A program made the position numbers and the translations under genes. Below are positions 18,301 to 22,939 of a stretch of DNA of 22,939 nucleotides, piece by piece. Below the pieces are notes generated by a model. The model worked only from the letters and a program-made list of their open reading frames with translations, was not told where the DNA came from and searched no databases. Positions within the stretch are counted from its first letter, which is position 1, and each line of letters begins with the position of its first letter. The DNA is from an uncultured Bacteriovoracaceae bacterium (GTDB taxonomy: Bacteria > Bdellovibrionota > Bacteriovoracia > Bacteriovoracales > Bacteriovoracaceae): assembly GCA_964012805.1 (NCBI GenBank), contig CAXGUD010000055.1, forward strand, positions 1 through 22,939. Direction: 5' to 3'.

Positions 18301-21300
18301 TAGTTTTGGTGATTGACCCAAAATAAACTTAGCATGATTATTATTACCACTTTGATCTTTCCAACACTTAACATTTTTGTTGGTGTCATTTTTTGCCAAA
18401 TTGATACAGTTAGGATCACTAAAAAGAGATTCTTTTTGTCCTGAATCAAGCCATAATAAAGGGGAACCTGTATAAGTAAAATGAAGGGGATAATTTAAAT
18501 TTATTCCAGAGGCCTTAACCAAAATGTCTTCCCTTGAAACCATATGAAGACCCAAAGGTGACATTGGAATGGTACAAATAATTTCAGATCTAGATTCACT
18601 TGTAATTGGGCAAGCCTTATTACCTATGAAAACTTCGTTACCATCTTTAGAAAACCCCCTACCTTTTATTGTAAGATCGGTTCCACCTTCTCCTTTACTA
18701 CTCCGATGGGAAAATGAAAAAATTTCAGGTTTAATGGAAAGGGTGTAATTAAGACCAAGATTGGTACAGGCCGATAAATTTTCGCCACTGTCTTTTAATT
18801 GCCCATAAAAATTTTTCTTACCATTATCTTCGCCATCTTCTTTAAAGAGAATATTTTTAATTTGAAATTTGCCTTCTTTGATAATCTGAGAACCTATAGG
18901 ATCTCCTTGACACATATTATTAAGGAAAACATTAACTGTTGTTCCTTCCTCACCTAATATTCCTTTTCCTTCAATCAAAGGATTAATTTCATTTGAAATT
19001 TCCCCATTTTGTGGCCTTATAAATACAAAGCCATCAGGATTTTGGGGTGGGACACCATCCAATACTTTAATATTAAAGTATTGAGTATCAATGAGACCTC
19101 CATCACTTGCTGAAATTTTAAATTCGTAATTACCTAGTTGACCTATTTTAGGAGTCCAATTAATAGTACCTTCCAAAGGATCAAAAATTATTCCTTGGAG
19201 GCTTTTACAAGCTTTTAGATTGGTTACAATATTGTCTATATTTTGATCGTAAAAGCATGTATAAATTATTTGATCATTATCTTGATCAAATGTTGAATTA
19301 GTATTCTTATCTTTAATATTTATTTCTTTAATCGCTAAACTTTCTTTGATTTTTTGGGATTGGCTTGCCAAATCAAAGATTTCAGGAGCTTTATTTATAT
19401 TTTCAGCCTTAATAGTAAAAATTTTAAAATCTATAGCTTCTAACTCTTTTCCGCCTCTCTCTATTTTTCCACCATCACTAGCAGTAATTTTAAATTCATA
19501 GTCGCCTTCTTGACCGAACTGAAGATCCCAAGAAAATGTACCATCCATAGAATCAAATTTAAGCGCCTTTAAATTTTTGCATTCATTTACTTCAAGTACA
19601 TTACCGTCTTTTAATTTATCGAAATAACATCTATATATTATTTTTTCTCCATCGATATCTATGTCTTCACTGGTATTTAAATCAATAGTATCAAAAGATA
19701 TATTGGTTTTATTAACATAACCCAAGTGATTTTCTAATTCTCCAATCTTTGGAGACCTATTAGAGTTGATAACGGTAATAGTAAATTCTTTTGAATCACT
19801 TTCATTGACGAAAGTATCTTTCTTGGCCCCTCCAACATTTCCTGCTGTAAACTGATCTTTGGCCTTGATTAGAAGTTTAATATCAATTTTATTATTTTTA
19901 ATACTTGCAAGATCAAAACCTGGTTTCCAAGAAAGTAATCCATTATCACTATTAAAATTAATGCCCAAAGCGGAACACAATTTGGTACTATCACCGTCTT
20001 TATAGAAACATTCATAGGTTACTTTTTCTCCATCTATATCTAAATCATTTCCAAGATCGGTATTAATGTCCAAATTTAAAGTATCATTTTCTTTAACGGT
20101 CTGAGATTTAATTTCTGCTAAAACAGGAGCCCTATTATTATTTCCAACATTAATTTGAAAAGAAATAGAATTGGTTAAAGTTTCAAACTTTTTATCTCCT
20201 AACTCTTTCACACCTAAATTATTAGAGTTGGAGTCGGAAGCGGAAATAATAAAATTATAGCTTCCTGCCTGATCAAAAGCTGGGGTCCACTCTATTTCGC
20301 CTGTTTTGTTATTAAATGATATTAAGAGGTTTTCACAAGGGTTATTATTTACTTCACAGCTGTAAATAAGAGATTCTTTATCTATATCCTGATCCCCAAT
20401 TTCTTCCCCCTCAATATTAATAGCCTTCATGGGACTGCCTTCTACGATTGATTGATCTGTAATTTTAGATAATTTAGGAGCTCTATTCACATTTCTTATT
20501 TTTATATCAAAAATAGTATCATCACGAGAAGTTATCTTTTTACCATTATCAAGGAGAATGTTCCCCCCATCACTACCAACAATTTTAAATTCATATTCTC
20601 CCGCTTGAAAAAAGCTTGGAGTCCAATTTAATTCCCCTTTAGTGGAATCAAATTTAGCTCCTCCTAATTTTAAGCAGTTATTACTATCACTTTCTTCAAC
20701 TTTTGAATCGACCGAAGAATCATAAAAACAATTATATTGAATTAAGTCATTGTCGATATCTTTATCTTGATTAGTATTTTCATCACTGGCGTTAATCGTA
20801 TCTAACGTTTTTCCTTCCATGTTAACAATGGATATAATTTTTTTAAGCTTAGGTGGCCTATTCACATTTTGAACTTCAATAGTAAATATTTTAAAATCAT
20901 TTTTTGGGTTAGGGTCTAAATCTGTACCTAAGATTTTAAATTCATAAGTTCCCGATTGTTCGAAATTAGGAATCCAATTCATAATACCTTTATTTTTATC
21001 AAAACTAATCCCTTTAAGATTTATGCATTCGTTTTTGTCATCAACCTTAGAGTCTTTAACTTGATCGTAAAAGCAGGCGTATTTAATATTTTGGATGTCT
21101 ATATCTTGATCTGAGAGCTTGATTTTGTTTGGAATTAAAATTTTTGAAATATCTGAAACATCAATAACTTTTATATTTTTATTTTCATCAATAGTCTGGT
21201 TATCTATTTCTCCAAGCTTTGGTGGTCTATTAACATTTTTAATCGTAACGTTAAATTCTTTAGTATCGGCCAATGGATTTAAAGGGTCATTATCTTCGGC

Positions 21301-22938
21301 AGATATTTTAAAATTATAAACTCCGGAAAGGAAGTAATCCGTTATCCAGTTCAATTCGCCCGTATTGTTGTCAAAAGTAAGACCTCTAAAAGAATCTTTA
21401 CATTCAACAAATTTATTATCTTTATCTTTAACGGGTGGTCCTCTAACTAAGCAAATAAATTTTAATCTTTGGAGGTCTATATCTTCGGCACCACTTTTAA
21501 TGGCATTATCAGGTCTGATTATTTTAATAATATTGGTTAAAACAGACTGATCTTTAGCTATTATATCCTCTATTTTTTCATTTTCATTTATTATCTTGTT
21601 GTCTATCTTCTCTAATGATGGGGCCCTATTGTTATTTTTAACTTTTACAAGAAAAGTCTTAGAGTCCATTGATTCAACTGTCGTTCCTTCTGAGTTTTTA
21701 ACTTGTCCACCATCACTTGCAGTTATGGTAAATTCATAATCCCCTGATTGAAAAAAGTCAGGCTTCCAATTTAATTTTCCAGTACTGGTATTAAAGGATA
21801 CTCCCCTTAATTTTAAACAATCTTTGGATCCGTCTATTTTTTTATTAATATTTTGATCTATAAAACAAGAATATTTCAAAGCTTCCTGATCTATATCTTT
21901 ATCACCAAGTGTTATTTTATCATTAGCGTCTACCTCCTTTATTTTTTGATCTTCTTTTATTTCCTGGTCTGAAATGTCAACTAAACTAGGTGGACGGTTT
22001 ACATTTTCAACATTAATAGTGAATACTTTTGAATTTTTCAGTGGTCTTGGGTCATCATCAACGGCCGTAATTTTAAATTCATATTGACCTGATTGAGTGA
22101 AGTCTGGCGTCCAATTTATTTTACCTGTTAATTTGTCAAAATTAATGCCTTTTAATGCTGAGCAATCATTAATACTTTTATCTTCAATTACAGATCCATC
22201 AATAACCTGATCAAAAAAACAGGTATAATTTAAAGCCTGTAAATCAATATCTTCATCTACTTTTTTAGGACCCATAATACCAGGAGTTCTGAGCCTAGCT
22301 TGGGCTATTGGGACAATAAGTTTTGAAATATCGTTTGGATCTATTTCTTTTAAGTCAGTCATCTCTTTTATACTTTGATTACCGATTTCAGATAATGATG
22401 GAGCTCTGTTTACATTTTTAACTTCTAGTTTGAACTCCTGGGAGCTCTCCTTAGGGTCTTCACTATCATTATCATTAGCTCTTATTTTCACTGTATATTT
22501 CCCTGATTGAAAATAATCAGTTTTCCACTTTAGAATGCCTTTATTACTATCGAAATTAATACCTCTTATTGGTTCCTTACACGGCTTAAAAGATTTTTCA
22601 TTTTCTTCTTTTAAGTCACAAAAATAGGTCAATTTCTGAAGGTCAATATCTTCATCCTCGCCCTTTTTAGGGTTATCTGGACGTACAATTTTTAAATCAA
22701 TTAAAAGTTTCGAGTTATCATTGCCATTTACATCTATAATAACTTCATTTTCTTTTATTATTTGATCTTCAATTTTTGAAAGTGAAGGGGATCTATTTGT
22801 ATTTTTGACTTTTATCATAAATGTCTTGGAATCTTTTGAATCTATCATTAAGCCATCAGTACTTTGAACTTTTCCTCCATCATTAGCTGTAATGGTGAAT
22901 TCATAATCTCCCGCTTGGAAAAAATCTGGTTTCCAGTT
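9322..22938 (-). CDS. Giant multidomain extracellular adhesin-like protein (>4538 aa, 5'-truncated)
   Basis: One uninterrupted frame. Upstream of the track's Met (22848) it continues NWKPDFFQAGDYEFTITANDGGKVQSTDGL to the window edge. It carries cadherin-like, Ig-like, IPT/TIG, LamG-like, ricin-like and crystallin-like motifs. Confidence 0.95.
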   Translation of the reverse strand, partial: NWKPDFFQAGDYEFTITANDGGKVQSTDGLMIDSKDSKTFMIKVKNTNRSPSLSKIEDQIIKENEVIIDVNGNDNSKLLIDLKIVRPDNPKKGEDEDIDLQKLTYFCDLKEENEKSFKPCKEPIRGINFDSNKGILKWKTDYFQSGKYTVKIRANDNDSEDPKESSQEFKLEVKNVNRAPSLSEIGNQSIKEMTDLKEIDPNDISKLIVPIAQARLRTPGIMGPKKVDEDIDLQALNYTCFFDQVIDGSVIEDKSINDCSALKGINFDKLTGKINWTPDFTQSGQYEFKITAVDDDPRPLKNSKVFTINVENVNRPPSLVDISDQEIKEDQKIKEVDANDKITLGDKDIDQEALKYSCFIDQNINKKIDGSKDCLKLRGVSFNTSTGKLNWKPDFFQSGDYEFTITASDGGQVKNSEGTTVESMDSKTFLVKVKNNNRAPSLEKIDNKIINENEKIEDIIAKDQSVLTNIIKIIRPDNAIKSGAEDIDLQRLKFICLVRGPPVKDKDNKFVECKDSFRGLTFDNNTGELNWITDYFLSGVYNFKISAEDNDPLNPLADTKEFNVTIKNVNRPPKLGEIDNQTIDENKNIKVIDVSDISKILIPNKIKLSDQDIDIQNIKYACFYDQVKDSKVDDKNECINLKGISFDKNKGIMNWIPNFEQSGTYEFKILGTDLDPNPKNDFKIFTIEVQNVNRPPKLKKIISIVNMEGKTLDTINASDENTNQDKDIDNDLIQYNCFYDSSVDSKVEESDSNNCLKLGGAKFDSTKGELNWTPSFFQAGEYEFKIVGSDGGNILLDNGKKITSRDDTIFDIKIRNVNRAPKLSKITDQSIVEGSPMKAINIEGEEIGDQDIDKESLIYSCEVNNNPCENLLISFNNKTGEIEWTPAFDQAGSYNFIISASDSNSNNLGVKELGDKKFETLTNSISFQINVGNNNRAPVLAEIKSQTVKENDTLNLDINTDLGNDLDIDGEKVTYECFYKDGDSTKLCSALGINFNSDNGLLSWKPGFDLASIKNNKIDIKLLIKAKDQFTAGNVGGAKKDTFVNESDSKEFTITVINSNRSPKIGELENHLGYVNKTNISFDTIDLNTSEDIDIDGEKIIYRCYFDKLKDGNVLEVNECKNLKALKFDSMDGTFSWDLQFGQEGDYEFKITASDGGKIERGGKELEAIDFKIFTIKAENINKAPEIFDLASQSQKIKESLAIKEINIKDKNTNSTFDQDNDQIIYTCFYDQNIDNIVTNLKACKSLQGIIFDPLEGTINWTPKIGQLGNYEFKISASDGGLIDTQYFNIKVLDGVPPQNPDGFVFIRPQNGEISNEINPLIEGKGILGEEGTTVNVFLNNMCQGDPIGSQIIKEGKFQIKNILFKEDGEDNGKKNFYGQLKDSGENLSACTNLGLNYTLSIKPEIFSFSHRSSKGEGGTDLTIKGRGFSKDGNEVFIGNKACPITSESRSEIICTIPMSPLGLHMVSREDILVKASGINLNYPLHFTYTGSPLLWLDSGQKESLFSDPNCINLAKNDTNKNVKCWKDQSGNNNHAKFILGQSPKLNDDGKKDEVFVKFKDSFLRSENVNISREVSPNATVIIVFRPHDSNFKKNAIWGTDNMGWDRFALLNFTENGNRSGISNGRDGLVDILTLKNSEFKSFITTMRADVENESTVHINGWQSGNGFTESKGNPSHSFFDIGSIGHDPQEFKGNIDVKEVLVFKKALTARERASIDSYLAKKWLHKLESIKTLVWPRLVNSQGGTPLYLYGNFSKSGNQVTIGGLNCPIITEDEGQIVCTIPKNKKGIDNIAEENVIIVSSSKTTQVVKNGLAYIGDPKLWMDGDDGRSINLEKSNSKIIVNSWIDKSSSQRKASIFTNKPTFRPQGFNGRSIISFNGLKNNDEGDFFKLEPTTWNDVSNVKDGQSTLFFIGRPSGNGPKPEYDRGYNTSGIVGDKEAWFGLYFDDLGFRAGIDGTMCDNCKTAPRVSVPLNSFYLATLKHGNDELSLNVDGLNNPMGFDKRTVGKIPQDGGSDKLYIGKGRDQYNNKYKGDMGEILIYNRSLTEKETNLIQKILKRKWSFKDYPTLTSIQPNMGLSKGGNEITISGSNFSDFGNRVTIGGVNCPIISEDQKEIICKVPENPKGTKNVSTFNVVVKKSEGEPIEFPNGFTYIGQSKLWLDASDIGSISVDNQRVTEWRDKSGNNHHMLPLAGSVIFRGDLSGNFMEFGGGSLTHEGGQNILKDGQKDHSLFIVLESASDSGSWTNPIAFQRNASTNGYRLERTDNESWMLFGSQMPSTKIESLPIKDPHIIEVMSDKQGFSLVQNNRMIQQGKYKIITNKCCADKKRCLDGSDGTIKFRECHEGEKQGWKIEYQGDGFYNVKSVSELGKCWSFESGKVILQTCNGKSEQSFKLHGTDNLLFTPKKSMVFKDRCTKYQDTTCKSYKNGTCKTYENTTCKKYQNTTCRNYENTTCKKYENTTCRRSRNTNRCARYGNSYCVRKNWWGTRCLEYRRDCNQYVQKCVEYNRKCVSYNQRCTSYNQRCVEYNQRCSVYNQICTAYNQKCVQSVQDLIGQKCLNPIGNNCSEKCSVGNEIEATNSCAQSDETEFNSYDTLSSQYASSDSYGTGGLNIGLSLNLGMRYDGSGRWKGKIREVIVFDKALTFSERMGVRNSLAKKWNIVMTNDSPTISSFKPKSFHGKGGDVLTIQGKNFSSSGNIVKVSGKVCSILEESTEAIRCKIPESENPNEVVKVDLEVINNLKRKVQLNKSLFSLGDVQWWMDAAAEETIELKDKSKIARWKDRSSNQNDARDPLDFLNPLFRKNNPESSRCASMYLDSNYKGTKWKFCVGEETPQDEWKNKISSYQIPKDVTIKFCRDDGVCKTKTNNNSRFVGYSNSLGSGWNDKIISIEVTSKVNPPLDHKGSVLPKLIKIGNKSVVKFDGVDDSLLVGEKAIMGVKTATEADIFIFARNGLNSRTSILAANPLRPDNRLNIHFPWGTDPSGNAKAMFDFGNFINNGRVTGGIKASKGLFYRWNFTSSKSSKTMKIFKQDELVSLKSGVNNNQYTHQSSDSKFEGIYLGKHIDADITYPWKGEIGEFIIYNRVLSDNERKVIREYLDKKWEMEETNTPSDLSLANGLTSPSQNTSPKVKVSGVGFDDLVILYNDPGCFQKIGEATANDGTAEVSLTNLPDGYYNFYAKSMNSKDEESACTISPLSYVIDNTPPNVVQFELPISTKDKKVSIKAFNCLDSVKVSGWQITDDPTIPVNWLLSQPNTYELTRGAGDYKLYGWCRDEAGNISSSQMADVTYNLAPELQDISDSFVNENELMTQIDANDKSGGDQTSIGQMISYECFYDLLPDNNVQNLTECSLLSGVGFSSMTGVLDWSPNFNQSGPYEIKIIGTASGFSDSEIFKINVEDKNRPPKLSEISDLAAYENEEMALLDINDENGSDKDADGEVINYTCQFSRTEEAVTAFTANPCSKASGLNFGSLTGLMKWKPALDSAGTWYFKITGTDGKDSDNIFFSIEVNDINLSPELTKVKSATIDSGTSLKIDVNDKHTKEDKDRDGETVVYSCFFDSVIDGLVSEFNSCKSEELAGVSFDKNKGLFEWNAPLKTFGKYEFRVRGQDSSLGAFDDVLFTVTVNDKMKPEKVILEPESKTFSEDFEVTIKGGKDSNFKEFRYVLNGAPPADCSKGIVLGTGNKISIKAPGKKTISIIACDKAGNASASTIETYQYAFKDDSLFAHYKFDESAGSSVNDSTGKAGRKGVLNDSTKWFKDNVRGHVLAFDGTSVQFKENDRNNFLTKEFQARTISMWVKPKEIHNKDSFQMVYDEGGDVKGISLVIQNGQFIAGVYNYSKSSTKVDDKVSWSFESDGVNKWYHVAITFDGKEKKLKLFVNGKLKDEKTTSINIVEYHPGERGLGQIFGETAMGTKGSSYKGLLDDLRFYSKALADSKINSLFNESTGGVPMAPKALGEIEPTHIRPNVLSVIKVKYTDQNKDKALSCSIFDIEEDYFTLEKACQCDNEGTCFFEVMGKGEDRSGAFKYTIRDADGESEKATASLSIDQTPPEMPSDFALDPSLKPTFNEKRPRIIVKSLSAGDKVVLFQDDETCGASKEVGKSQGSIGGQVEVRPNLDKALKEEGAYTYYIKVKDIAGNESACSNLSVAYNLDLTPPPAPSKIILEDNISSIDIFKRPQVRVQGVMANQKVKLYRDKECQFAVAEAESIGNEVLIERSDYKEDLPPGEFNLFAKALSESGNLSTCSASGVPYTRLPFPDELSSSGPPTDLFLWLDPALSLDSNIEVTGEDSEVLILNDRSGKENHFEIADEDGLIYKVNGTGVNGRNTLYSGDQLKFRRLRSSSSKENFKFLHDNSTNYTIALFVKSDCQNRFCALLGNSHKSSSETKGFLLGFEGHKTPKSGQLWFRVTNGSSSIINSITKKGAIKKGESSFILIEFDKSNSLRPISIYSNNILKDVPANKIKLEDKSFSTEEPNHHIFLGGELKSMKNGRCVTCYSNSKARSFKGHIGDVIIFKNLLTDEQKSDLFDFMKVKWGIGNK
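9325..10140 (-). other. C-terminal LamG/concanavalin A-like domain
   Basis: LFLWLDP..LNDRSGKENHF..FKGHIGDVIIFKNLLTDEQKSDLFDFMKVKW. Confidence 0.75.
10180..10810 (-). repeat. Two Ig-like (Big-type) domains; related copies at ~13325-13620 and ~18735-19059
   Basis: Shared pattern DxTPP..P..VxL(F/Y)xDxxC..G.Y..Y....D.xGNxSAC. Confidence 0.65.
11116..11775 (-). other. Classical LamG (Laminin_G_3-like) domain
   Basis: AHYKFDE..TISMWVKP..KWYHVAITFDG..KLFVNGKL..YKGLLDDLRFYSKAL. Confidence 0.85.
12068..13074 (-). repeat. Three cadherin/He_PIG-like repeats, followed by a chitobiase-C/Fn3-associated-like domain (~11790-12067)
   Basis: NLAPEL, NRPPKL and NLSPEL starts with YxC..C..GxxFxxxxGxxxW cores. 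Then FRYVLNGAPP..ISIIACDKAGNAS. Confidence 0.7.
13636..18729 (-). repeat. Four tandem IPT/TIG + LamG-like units
   Basis: Each unit has GG..(L/I)xIxGxxF..GN.V.(I/V)G...C.I..E....I.C.(I/V)P, then (L/W)W(L/M)D..W.D.S ending in E(V/I)xx(F/Y)..L...E......L.KKW. LamG-like spans are ~17767-18462, 16759-17484, 14965-16470 and 13636-14670. Confidence 0.8.
15304..15699 (-). repeat. Cys-rich tandem repeats: 24-nt (8-aa) array then 21-nt (7-aa) array
   Basis: Six 24-nt units at 15553-15696 (plus-strand ACAAGTTGTATTTTCATATTTTTT-like, peptide CKKYENTT). 21-nt units below ~15474 (peptide CVEYNQR). Confidence 0.95.
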
Positions 22939-22939
22939 C
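19060..22939 (-). repeat. Array of 10 complete plus 1 partial cadherin/He_PIG-like repeats (~110-140 aa)
   Basis: Ten N(R/K)xPx(L/I) linkers. Most are followed by DID..L.Y.C..C..G..F(D/N)...G.L.W.P.F.Q.G.YEF.I.A.D. Confidence 0.85.

Noticed and set aside
19060..22939. Visibly lower GC than hemB, suggesting horizontal transfer
   Set aside because: This is largely explainable by K/I/N/D/F-rich composition. There are no mobility genes or boundary repeats, and it was not quantified.

Overview
Bacterial, AT-rich window. The gene set and adhesin domain style suggest a Bdellovibrionota (Bacteriovoracaceae/Halobacteriovoraceae-like) genome, which is inference only. The left 9.3 kb holds a 5'-truncated MscS-family channel, an ~860-bp intergenic region with extensive minus-strand-biased RNA structure, a thioredoxin-fold lipoprotein, a stand-alone receiver, a CinA-like/nucleotidyltransferase-like protein, an unannotated 55-aa membrane peptide, hemB, sufE, a coiled-coil protein, a CFI-box-CTERM protein and a DsbA-family oxidoreductase. 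The right 13.6 kb is the 3' part of one giant (>4500 aa, 5'-truncated) Cys-rich extracellular protein. It contains cadherin/He_PIG-like repeats in a 3-domain super-repeat, Ig-like domains, four IPT+LamG-like units and two further LamG-like domains. The most striking element is a triple-nested module: a 132-aa segment with 9+9 mirror-spaced cysteines and a central KNWWG tip (predicted disulfide-laddered hairpin), inserted in a ricin-type beta-trefoil, itself inserted in a LamG-like domain. No rRNA, tRNA, CRISPR array or mobile element was seen. All domain calls are by eye from motifs, not from searches.
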